Positions 49,390 to 61,400 of a stretch of 64,000 nt of DNA are shown here, in pieces. Each line of letters starts with the position of its first letter. Positions within the stretch are counted from its first letter, which is position 1. Below the pieces are notes generated by a model. The model worked only from the letters and a program-made list of their open reading frames with translations. It made no database searches and was not told the DNA's origin. The translations under genes and the position numbers were made by a program. Origin of the DNA: Selaginella moellendorffii (taxonomy: Eukaryota > Plantae > Lycopodiophyta); NCBI RefSeq assembly GCF_000143415.4, contig NW_003314291.1:1220517-1284516 (forward strand), read 5' to 3'.

Positions 49390-50300
49390 ATCTCATATTT
49401 GTACCCTCTTTCTTATATTGTTGATCTTTTAGATTACTTGAGGAGAAGTTGTTAGTCTACCAAGTTGAATTTTACTTTTATATACTAATATATATTAATG
49501 GCAAAAGATAATATTCTTAAGATTGCTTTTCATATGATGCCATTTGGTTTGAAAAATGCTTTGTAATGGATGATAGACAAAATTCTTTGTAATATACTAA
49601 AAATGATTATCAACTTCATCGATGATATTTTAATCCATTCGAAAGGGATCTAAGAAGATCATATCTATAATATCCACAAGATGTTAAATTAAGTATAGAA
49701 AGTTGGTTTGAAACTAAAGTGATTGAAGTGTGTATTTTGGCTTTAGAATACAACTTATTTTGGGTATTACATTTTTTGTAAGGGTTTATAAATTGATGAT
49801 AACAAACTTGTAATTGTTATGAAGTTCCCTACTCTAAAGTGTGTAAATAATATATAATATTTCTTCAACAAGATATAATATCTTAATTATTTTATTAATC
49901 ATTTATATATGCACTATTGTTGAAATTGTTAACATCATCTTTTGTTTGGTCTAAGGACTTTAAGCAAGTATTTGAGAATCTCAAAGAAGTGTTAACCATT
50001 TCTCCAATATTAATATATCTTAATTACAATTAACCTTTCATTTTGCATATAGATGCTTTTAATATTAAGCTCGAAGGTGTGTTGATGCAAGAAAGTATGA
50101 GTGTTCTTGGTTAACATCATCCTATTATATATATTAGCCATATATTACAACTAGTATAGGTGAATTATTTTATCATAAAAGAGTATATAACAGTAGTTTG
50201 GGGTTTTAATGGCATAAATGATATGCAATGTAGTGGATGCTTTTGATATTGATTTCAGATATGTGTTGATGCAAGAGAGCATGAGCATGTCTAGTTAACA
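49390..50300 (+). mobile_element. Heavily decayed family A RT/RNase H remnant (partial duplicate at ~48350-48770)
   Basis: Collinear with the reverse complement of ~29580-30450 (e.g. TTCATCGATGATATTTTAATCCATTCGAAAGGG = FIDDILIHS.G). Confidence 0.75.
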
Positions 50301-52404
50301 TCATTTCATTGCGAATGTGACTTTGGGTATCAAAAGATACTTGTCAGTCAGTCCTTACGAGCACTCTCTTTTTATTGCCATGATAGTAGAAGATTGATAT
50401 TGTTGATTCCCTTTATTAGCCCCTCTTGTCTAAGTGTTAGTAAACTAAATTTAGCATCTATACTTGGCCGGATGAACATAAGGAAGGAATTCCTAAGTAT
50501 CTATTTAGCCAAGCATATTTGGCCTGGCTTGTTAATTCTCTTTTGTTTTGTCTTGCACTGACTTAACAAAAAGCCTTCCATATTGAGTTTAGTCTTTTAA
50601 TATTGTTACATGATAGCTTACTGTGTCTGCCAAACACTCTTGTTATCATGCCCTTTGTGTTAGTCTCATTTCAGTCCTAAATGCTATTTATGGAAACTGT
50701 CTAGATTCACTCATTTGGCATATCTACAAAATGTAGAGATTATCTTGAATATAATGGTGTTTGTCTTATGTCCAAATTTGCAATTTAGGAACATTTCATA
50801 CTTAGTAAGTTTCAAACTTGTCCCAAAGACTACCTTCTGGTACTAAGGCTTGGGGTGAAAGCCTAAAGCGTATGTTCCTCAAGAGAGGGGGGGGGGGGGG
50901 GGGGGGGGAACCTATGGGGTTCCCAAAAAATAATAGGGAAAGGGGGTGGAAAAAATGTTTGACCCCATGAAAAAATAATTTGGGTTCCACTAGGCTGTGT
51001 TGCTCTTTGTTTTGCATTCAGCTTGGGTCCAAGTCCAGGCTCTACACTGCTCTAGTTGGTGGGGTACCCTCCTCCTCATGTTAGGCCACTAGTATGCCAA
51101 AATTATGTCAAACACTGTCTGACACTATTTTGCATGTAGATGTTGGATATGGGGAGTTGGTGTTCGTGGGATTGTATTGGACCCTTGTTTCGTAGTGCAA
51201 TAGGCTTGGAATTTGGCTCTAAATTCAAGTGCACTACATTTGGTATTAAAGGAATTGTCTCAGCAATTCCTATTTAACTTTTGTTGGATTTTTTGACTTA
51301 AGTTGCATACGCAAAGACTTTTTTAGTAGATCCAAAGTGACCTATGTAGGATTAGTTGGATTGCATCATTTGGTAAGAACGTTATATATATGTTCAATTA
51401 CTGATAGAGGCATGCATGCAGTTAACAGGATGGTGAAAATTAACCATGCTAATGATGCTAAAACCTCTAAACCAAGGAAACTCTTGCTAGAGATGTTACA
51501 GAAGAGGCTGAGGCTGAGTTAGAAGAGGAAGAGCGAAATGCTGCAACATTGTAGCATATGGCTCAGGAAGTCGAGATCGAGAATTTGCAAATGAAAGTTT
51601 ACAAATTGAAGAAGGAGAAGAAAAAGAGGAAGAAAGAAGTTGACACAATTAAACTAGCTAAACTTAAGCAACCAGACTCCTCTTTAAATTCTAAGGATGA
51701 TGAAGTTTTGCAATCGCTCCCAGTTGCACAAGTTTCCAAGTTCAAGCCTCCAAAACCACCCAATTTTAGAGGCATGCGGGACTATCAAGTTTTAGAAGAT
51801 TGGGTCTATAATATGGAAAATGATTTCATAACAGCAATAGATGATCGTACAAAAGTTACGTACATGCAGTCCTTCTCACTAATCATACCAAAATTTGGTA
51901 GCGCCAGGTATGTGTTGAAAAAAGGTAGATTAGAAGTTGGACCAAGATGTGGTCTCACATCCATAAGGAATACTAATCAGATGATCTTGGTCTAAGATTT
52001 CACACGGAGTTGCAGCGGTTAAAGTAGCGAGGGGACTTTATGCATTATGTTAATGCATTTGCTCAAAAGTGCATTATAATTGCAAATATGAGTGATGAAG
52101 ATGCTCGAAGTTATTTCTTAGAAGGTTTAAATTCACTTTTTGGCAATGAAATTTTGAAGTTTAAACTGAAAGCGTACTTGGAGTGTAAGGAGGTAGCATA
52201 ATAAGTTGCCTTTAGTCACTCACTCATGGAACAATATCAACAACCATATGCTAGTACCTTAGATAAGAATAAGAATTCTGGGAATAACAAGGTGATCGGA
52301 AATAGAGGGTGGAAGGAAAGTTCTGCTCTAGAAGCTCACAGTAACGGTTAACAAAGGTGATGGTAATTAGAGACCACCAGCAACTTCTTCTAATCCTAGG
52401 CCCT

Positions 52405-54005
52405 TATGAGACACAAGATCCTTAGGCCCCAAAGTGGAGTTGGAAGGGTGCCATGTGGTAGTGGCTAAAGCGAAAACTAAACGAGCGTAACACATTTAGA
52501 CTAAAAGCTCCGACTTGAAAGGTCGAGAGCAGGAGTGGAACTCCCAACGAAGTGCTCAAGGAACAAACACGGAGCAAGTAATAAGTGAGTCTCTAGAAAA
52601 GGGACACAAGAGGACCAACACATGACACGTGTAGGAATCCAAGATGGAGTCTGAGATGGACCCGAGATGGAGTCCGAGATGGAGTTCGAGATGGATCCGA
52701 GATGGACCCGAGATGGAGTCTAAGGTGGAGTCCGAGATGGAGTCCAAGATGGAGTTTGAGATGGACCCGAGATGGAGTCCGAGATGGACCTGAGATGGAG
52801 TCCGAGATGGACCCGAGATGGAGTCCGAGAAGGACCTGAGATGGAGTCCAAAGTTGAGATTGAGACCGAGATCGGGACCGAGACCGACACCGACACCGAG
52901 ACCGGGACCGAGACCAAGACCAAGGCCAAGGCCGACACTGAGCCCCAGCCCGAGCCCTAGCCCGAGTCCGAGTCTGAGTCCGAGTCCTAGTCCGAGTTTG
53001 AGTCTGAGAGGGTGAAAGCCCAAAGTGTTCGTCTCCCAGACCCTGGGGGGTTTGGTGAGCTCCAAAAGTATAGTGAGGGGGAGGACTCTAGTGGAGCTAG
53101 TTTGGCTAGGAAAGGCTAGTTTGGCCCAAGAAGGTTGTGCCCAGGTGTTGGGTGATGGGATAACCACTGGAAAGTCCAAGGCTAGAGTGAATACGGACTG
53201 ACAAATGGGGTAGCTTGGTGAAGTGTTCAAGAGCCGGCTCTAGTTCCTCTGGGAGATCAATTGGCTAATACTCCTAGTTCAAGTGTGGATGGCACTACCT
53301 ACTTGGATACCTAGTGTGGCTCAATGGAACCTCGCTCTAAGCCCATGGCTAAAGCACCTAAAGGTGGAAGGCGGGGAGAGTACACATGAGGCCTGCATAG
53401 GGCCATGGTGTTCCGAAATGTTGTCCCAAAATCCCAGACTGTGGAAAGGAAGAGGAGTAGCCCTTTCGTGTGGTGATCAAGGACACAGTCACACAGTGAA
53501 GAAGTCCTAGAGGACAGTGGGACTTAGTGGTCGGGCCCGTGGGCCTTGATCTAGTGGCAGTGTTGGCGAACACGGCCAAGGATAGAAAGAGACTTGGTGG
53601 GGACTGGAACGGAGATATTGGGGAAGGCTATTCCCCATGTCTGTAGGCATCCTAAGGATGCTAAGGAGTGGATCTAGGATGACCACTCATGGACGAATGG
53701 CTCAGTTTTGGAGAGACGGGATTGCAATGCAGGTGGTGTTAAACCACTGATGTGACCAAGGTGAATGAGTGTGGCCTAGCGTAATGGGCTCATATGTCGG
53801 TGGTACCTTGGGGTGTCGGTCATGGGATCGGACACGTGGAGCACTTGGACCAAGTGCAATGGTTGAGTGGCATGGATGTCATTCTTGGGGCTAGCAAATC
53901 CTTAAGTCCAAAATAAGATTCATGGAAGTTGTGAGTGAAACTCTTCCAAGTGGTTGGAAGAGTGGTTAAGTGACTAAAGTAGAATGGAAAATTTAATCAC
54001 TTACA
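52405..54005. mobile_element. Probable 1.6 kb solo LTR of a further family, with 12 bp and 6 bp tandem arrays
   Basis: Interrupts family B gag precisely. Flanks GCCCT/GCCTT. Termini TATGAG (decayed TG) ...TTACA. No PBS, PPT or coding domains seen. Related decayed copy in reverse at ~57040-57833. Confidence 0.7.
52640..53010. repeat. Tandem arrays (CCGAGATGGAGT/CCGAGATGGAC units, then CCGAGA/CCGAGT hexamers)
   Basis: Directly visible periodicity. Confidence 0.9.
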
Positions 54006-55014
54006 GCCTTTTGTTCCTCCTCCTAGTGGGTACAAATAGCAACAACTTGAAAAACCTGCTTCTAGTGGAACAGGTAGTGTTGGTTATTGCTTCTATTGTA
54101 GAGAGTTAGGACATAGATCGTCGGAATGTCCCAACAAGCATAAAACAAAGTCTTATATTAATGTCACGAGGAAAGACGGTGGTGGTGAAGCTGAAAGGGT
54201 TAACGAGTTGGTAAATGTGGACTATGAGGAAGAGGAGATGAGTTACTTTTGTTACTTTCCTCAAGTTTTTCTCATAATCAATGCAAACACTAATCTGTTG
54301 ATATATCTGGTAAGCTTTGTCCACAAACACCGAATCCAAGTGATGATTGATATAGGAGCTATACACAATGTGATGTCCGAAGACTTAGTTTAGTTGTTAG
54401 GATTGAATGTTGAGCAAATGTCACCCATACACTTCAGGTTTGTGGAAGGTGGGTAAGTAGCCAGAAAATTTGTGAGTGATATTCCAATAAAAATATCCAA
54501 GTGGAAAGAAAAAGTGGACTTGATAGTGTTAAAGATACCAAATTTTTAGATGGTGTTTGGTATGGATTTCTTCAATAAATATATCAAAGGGATTTATGGT
54601 GTTGGACAAGGTCGCATCACATTGAAGTTAGAAGGACATTTTATTGTGTCCTTTTAGTTGCAAAAGTGCTTCTCAAAGAATTGGGATGATAAGTTCCTAA
54701 CTGTGAGAGTTGCTCAAAAAGCAACTAAGAAGGGATGTCGAACCTTTTGGGTTCAAGTGATGGAAGTTGAGGATGTTGATGACTCAATTCGAATCGGTGA
54801 TGGGGTTGATCCTATACCAAAGAAGATATTAAAGTTTTTGGTGAGGAATCTGGATATTTTTTTGAAGGATTTGCCACTAAGACTCCTTCCTATCCATGAG
54901 GCTGATCATCAGATTGAGGTCATTCCAGGTTCTAAACCATCTACAAAAGCTCCGTATCGTTTGAACATCAAGGAGATGGTTGAACTCAAGAAGCAACTCA
55001 CGAAGCTTCTTGAC

Positions 55015-58000
55015 TGTAGCGCACTTGGTTTTGACCCTTTATCCTATGGTGATTGACCATAGGATAACACCACGAAGTGGAACCTAAACCCTCTTTATGC
55101 CATATGACACATGCCATGTGTCATATACCACATGTCCAAAGGACAGTGGTGCGGAACTTGAGGTTTAGGGCCTTGGGCCATTGAACAAAGGAACGGTGCC
55201 AAACTCCCAAGCATGGAGCCAAGGAGTGACGGAACCAGACCACAGAGCAACTCCCAAGCATACAGCCCAAAGAGTGAAGGGACAGGAGCCTGGAGCGGTT
55301 TGGAACAGTCCTAGAGCAACTAGCATCCCATTGCCAGGACCAGCATGCAAAACGGAGCCAAATGGAGTCTGGTGCTATTTTGACATACTAGTGGCCTAAC
55401 GCAAGGATATGGGTACTTCACCAGCTAACATGGAAAGGAACTTAGGCTTAGACCCAAGCCGGACGCAGAACAAGAATAGGCATGCAAGCGGGAGTTAGAC
55501 TATGGCTCAGGTTGGTTGGCCATGCCCGACCTACCTACTATGTTTTATAGATTCATATCCCAGGAATAGAGATTATAACATTTAACACCACCAACTTTTG
55601 TTCACAACATATAAAGTTTATATCACTTTCTTTCTAACTAAACTCAAAACTAATCCAACACCAATCTATTCAAGGAGAAATAGTAAAGTTTCCTATAAAA
55701 GAATTGAGCATTATAACCCAAACTTTCTAATAACAAACTTAGACATAATGTTTAATGCTTCACCACTATCCATCCCATGACTCACTACTTATAAAACCAT
55801 TATATCTACATGCATCAAAATAGGAACTCTTGATTGCATGGTGTGATCTTAAGTAATGAGATCATACCTCATTGCAAATCATTTCTCAATGAAGAAAAAA
55901 TTATTATGTGTTTGATCCTTTGTCCTTGATAATTCTTTTTTTAATCTCAACTTTAACTAAACCTCAAGCTTGTATTCGCACTTGCTTTAGTCCAATCCAA
56001 GAAAAATGTATAAGAGAGTATAGCAATGATTATTTGAACCAATAGAATAATCCTCATAATTTTGATTAATTCACTCATAATCATGCCTAGAAATGATCCA
56101 TTAGTTGCTAAATAGCTATGGATTAACCTATTTGCCACTCATAGCAAACCTAAGGGAGATTTACATTTACCTATAATAACATAGAATAACTCATAATAAA
56201 TATTGATATGCTAAAATTAATCATGCTAACTCAAAGTGTAATATTGAGTTGCTAATGCACTTCACTCAAAAGCCCAAGTAAAAACTTGTATAAATTATAC
56301 ATCTAAAATCCAACCTATGAGCCCAAATGCAAGCTTACACAATATAGTACAAAAAGTAACCAAAAGCTATGCTCAAGAGATACATACAAGGCCATAGCAT
56401 CTAAATGTGTACCCACTTGGATAATTGATTTCATTTTTGCATATACAACAAGACTAGATCTCTGTACTTGTTAAAATATATACTCTGATACCAAATGTAA
56501 TATACATGGTTTTCACCCTTTACCTTATTGGTAATTTACAATAGGATTACCATAGAGTGGACATACCAGTTGTCCAAGAGTAGTGGAGTATAACTTAAGT
56601 TTTAGGGCTTTGAGCCACTAAATGAAGGGATAGAGCTAAACTCTTAAGCATACAGCTAATAAGTGAAGGAATTGGAGCACAAAAGGACTTTTGAGCATAT
56701 ACCCCAAAGAGTGAAGGAGCAAAAGTATGGAGTGACATAGGAACAATCTTAAAACATCTAACATCTAACATCCCAATGCCAAGACTAACACATAAAAAAT
56801 AGCTAAATAGAGTTTGACACAATTTTAGTATACCGGTGGTATAACATAAGTACTCCACCAACTAACATGGTATGGAGCTTAGGCTTAACTGGACACTTAA
56901 CAAGAATAAGCATGTAAAAGGGGAGTTAAACTATGGCTTAGGTTGGTCAGCTAAACCTATACATTTGAAATCTCTTATAACAACCCTAAAACATGCATAT
57001 AAGCAAATAATTTTTCCATTATACTTTAGTCATTTAACCCTATCTTTAAACACTTAAAGGAATCTCATTCACAACCTCTATAAGTCCTATTCCTGACTTA
57101 GGGACTTACTAACCCCATGAATGGTTTTAATGCCACTCTGCCTTTGTATTTGGTTCAAGTGCTCCATATGTCTAATCCCACTACAAACATCTAAAAGTAT
57201 ATCAGCCTATTTTGCTAAAGCAATATCCACTCATCTTTGTTTTATTAGTATTCCAAGACCACCCGTATCACAGTCCCATCTCCCAAAGTCTTGTGCATGA
57301 GTGGTCATCCTATGACCACATTTTAACATCCTTAGGATGTTTGAAGATATGGGGAACACCCTTCCCTAATAAGTTCAAGATCAAGGCCGAGACCAGGTCT
57401 GAGTCTGAGTCTGAGTCTGAGACTAAGTTTGAGTCTAAGTGTTTTTCCTAAACCTTTTAGCCTTGATTCAGTGGCAGTGTTGGTGAGCATTGCCATAAAC
57501 GAAGAGGGATTTGGTGGGGACCGAAGAAAAGATAGTCTCGGTCTCCACCTTGGATTTGGCCTCAAGCTCCATCTTGGACTCCATCTCAAACTTGGTCCCG
57601 ATACTTCCATGTGTCATGACAATTATTATGTGTCAGTCCTTCTTATATCCCTTTTTAGAAATTCATTCATCCATTATTTCATACTCATTTTTTGAGCACT
57701 TCATTTGGAGGTCCACTCCTACTCCCGACTTTTCAAGTCTAATCTTTTATTACACTTGTTAGACTTCCACTTCAACCATTGCCATATGGCATGCTTTTGG
57801 CTCCACTTTGGGGCTTAGGGATTTGTGTCTTATAATGCGTTCTACTAGGGAGGGGGGAGGTTTCACCCTAGTCCTAGGAGTTAATTTTTGGGATAATCAC
57901 AAAAATTTATTAAATATGGAATAGTGTTAGATTGTGAATTTAAGCACGAGAATAACACCATTGTATTTAGAACAATCTATACATTTCATAAATATGCCTT

Positions 58001-58440
58001 ATTAGTAGAGCTAGACACTTTCTATAAATAGCCAATAGAACTGAACAAAACTAACAAATAGGGAATGATGGCGAGTGCCTTGGCAAATATGGCAATTTAC
58101 CACCTAGCAAATATTGAAGGACCAAACTAGTTATTATAGGGGTTCTTGTCAAACTAATGCAAGATAGAGCAAAAAATAGCTAAAAAGTAAGTCAACTATG
58201 CTCAACAAAAAATACATAAGAGTTCATACCTTATATTTATCTAACTAAGTACAAATGCTAAACCCATTTTACTAATACTTGTACAAAAGGAACTAGAAAA
58301 GGAACCAACAATACTGATCTCCTATCATCATGGAAGAACCATATAAGTATGTATGAAGTGTGGATATCCCAAACTATTATAAGACATTCCTCTATTATAA
58401 AGTAGTTAACCTCTACTAATTGTAATGCACAATTGACGTA
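55015..58440 (-). mobile_element. Decayed family-B-related LTR element in reverse orientation, itself interrupted
   Basis: Starts TGTAGCGCAC (reverse complement of the family B LTR end). PBS remnant CTCTGATACCA at ~56483 precedes a second LTR-like copy. 57835-58400 resembles the reverse complement of the family B LTR. Confidence 0.55.
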
Positions 58441-58447
58441 TTGTAAC

Positions 58448-61400
58448 TGTCGCGAATGTGACTTCGGGTATCGAAAGATACTTGTCGACCGGTCCTTACG
58501 GACACTCTTTCCTTACTGCCATGACGGCAGGAGATCGGTACAGTTGGATCCCTTTAGTAGCCCCTCTTGTGCTAGTGGAGTTAACTGGGCATTTCGAGTG
58601 TACTTAGACCGGACGAGCATAAGGATGGAATTCCTATGTGCTATTAGCTAAGCATACTTAGCCCGGTAAGGAGTTCCCGTCTCGTTTTGTCTTGCACTTG
58701 CTAGTGACAAGAACCCTCGCGTATTGAGACTAGTCCCTCAATATCACTGGATGATAGTTTACCGTGTCTGCCAAACACCCTCGCTATCACGCCCTTTTGT
58801 GTTGGTCTCATTTCGGTCCCAAATGCTATTTATGGAAAGTGTCTAGATTAGCTCATTTGGCATATCTACGGAATGTAGAGATCAGCCTGAACACAATGGT
58901 GTTCGTCCCGTGTCCAAATTCGCAATCTAAGGACATTCCATATTTAGTAAGTTTCGAGCTTGTCCCAGAGACTAACTCCTGGTACTAAGGGAGGCTTGGG
59001 GGGAAAGCCCAAAGCGTGTGTTCCTCAAGGGGGGGGGGGCTATGGGGGGTTCCAAATGTATAGTAGGGATAGTGGTTGGAATGCATGTCCGACCACCTGA
59101 GACATTAGTTTGGCTCCCGCTGGGCTGTGTCGCTCCTTGTTCTGCGTCCGGCTTGGGTCTAAGCCCAAGCTCCACGCTGCTCTAGTCGGTGGAGTACCCT
59201 CCTCCTTGCGTTAGGCCACCGGTATGCCAAAATTGTGCCAGACTCCGTCTGACACCATTTTGCGTGCAGGTGCTGGATATGGGGAGCTGGTGCTCATGGG
59301 ATTGCACCGGACCCTCGTTTCGTAGCGCAATGGGCTTGGAGTTCGGCTCCAAATTCAGGTGCGCTACATTTGGTATCAGAGAGATTGTCTCAGCGATTCC
59401 TATCCAACTTTTGTCGGATTTTCTGACTCAAGTTGCATACGCAGAGACTTTTCTAGTAGATCCGAAGCGACCTGTGTAGGATTAGTTGGATTGCACCATT
59501 CGGTAAGAACGTTGTATGCATGTTCAGTTACTGATAGAGGCATGCATGCAGCTAGCGGGATGGTGAAACGGAACTGTGCTGATGACGCTGAAACCTCTAG
59601 ACGGGCGAATCGAGAGGAGGAAACTCCTGCTAGAGATGCTGCAGAAGAGGTTGAGGCTGAGTCAGAAGAGGAAGAGCCGGTTGCTGCGGCGCTGCAGCGA
59701 ACGGCTCAGGAAGTCGAGATCGAGAATTTGCGAAAGGAGATTCGCAAATTGAAGAAGGAGAACAAGAAGAGGAAGAAAGAGGCTGAGGCAGCTAAACCAG
59801 CTAAGCCTAAGCAACCGGACTCCTCTTCGAGTTCTGAGGATGATGAAGTTCTGCAGCCGCCCCCGGTTGCACGAGTTTCAAAGTTCAAGCCCCCAAAACC
59901 ACCCAACTTCAGAGGCATGCGGGACTATCAGGTTTTGGAAGACTGGGTCTACGATATGGAGAACTACTTCATAGCGGCAGACGTAGATGATCGTACGAAA
60001 GTTGCGTGCGCGCAATCCTTTCTCACCGATCATGCCAAAACTTGGTGGCGCCAAGTGTGTGCTGAAAAAGGGCAGACTAGAAGTTGGACCAAGATGCGGT
60101 CTCGTATCCGTAAGGAATACTTGCCGGATGATCTTGGTCTGAGACTTCGCGCGGAGCTGCGGCGGTTAAAGTAGCGAGGTGATCTCATGCATTACGTTAA
60201 TGCGTTTGCTCAGAAGCGCATTATGATTGCAAATATGAGTGACGAAGATGCTCGGAGTTATTTTCTGGAGGGTTTAAGTTCACTTTCTCGCAATGAGATT
60301 TTGAAGTTTAAGCCGAAGACGTATCTGGAGTGTAAGGAGGCAGCGCAGCAAGTTGCCTTTAGTCACTCGCTCATGGAACAATATCAGCAACCGTATGCTG
60401 GTAACTCGGACAAGAATAGGAATTCTGGGAATAAACAAGGTGATCGGAAACAGAGGGTGGAAAGTAGGTTCCGCCCTGGAGGCTCACAAGCAACGGTTAA
60501 CAAAGGTGGTGGTGGTTGGAGACCACCAGCAGCTTCTTCTGGTCCTAGGCCCTCTGTTCCTCTTCCTGGTGGGTACAAGCAGCAGCAACCTGCAAAACCT
60601 ACTCCTAGCGGAACGGGTAGTGTGGGTCATTGCTTCCATTGTGGAGAGTCAGGACATAGGTCCTCGGATTGTCCCAACAAGCATAAGACAAGGTCTCGAG
60701 TTAATGTCATGAGGGAAGACGGTGGTGATGAAGCTGAAGGGGTTGACGAGTTGGTCAATGCAGACTATGAGGAAGAAGAGGTGAGTAACTTTCATTGCTT
60801 TCCTCAAGCTTTTCTTGCAGTCAATGCAAACACTGATCCGTTGATGTATCTGGTAGGCTTTGTCCGTGGACACCGAATCCGAGTGATGATTGACACGGGA
60901 GCTACGCACAGCATGATATCCGAAGACTTAGTTAAGTTGTTAGGATTGAATGCTGAGCAAATGTCGCCTATGCACTTCCGGTTTGCGGAAGGTGGGCAAG
61001 TAGCCAGAAAGTTTGTGAGTGATGTTCCAATAAAGATATCCAAGTGGAAAGAAAGAGTGGACTTGGTAATGTTGAAGATACCAGATTTTCAGATGGTGTT
61101 TGGTATGGATTTCTTCAGCAAGTATATAAAAGGGATTTATGGTGCTGGACAAAGTCGTATCACGTTGAAGTCTGAAGGACAACCCGATGTGTCCTTCCAG
61201 TTGCAAAAGCGTTCCTTAAAGGATTGGGATGGAAAGTTCCTGACTGCGAGGGTCGCTCAAAAAGCAGCTAAGAGGGGATGTCGGACCTTTTGGGTTCAAG
61301 TGATGGAAGCGGAGAGTGTGGGTGACTCTGTTCGAATTGGTGACAGGGTTGATCCTGTACCAAAGAAGATATTGGAGTTGTTGGCGCAGAATCAAGATAT

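Larger units (their letters stand above)
50307..55014 (+). mobile_element. Moderately decayed family B copy (5' LTR ~50307-51238, PBS, gag-PR), interrupted and truncated by later insertions
   Basis: Collinear with 58448-61557. PBS TGGTATTAAAG at 51241. gag KFKPPKPPNFRGMRDYQVLEDWV motif. Confidence 0.9.

Noticed and set aside
50887-50908. Poly-G run as a special G-quadruplex element
   Set aside because: It is a length-variable homopolymer of the family B LTR (shorter at ~59028), and slippage or sequencing error suffices to explain it.
52640-52850. CRISPR-like periodic array
   Set aside because: Units are head-to-tail 12-mers with no unique spacers, in a eukaryotic context with no cas genes.
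52556-53230. 224 aa ORF with (LG)n repeats and overlapping (PR)n/(SP)n ORFs
   Set aside because: These are translations of the hexamer/12-mer arrays inside a solo LTR, with no independent coding evidence.
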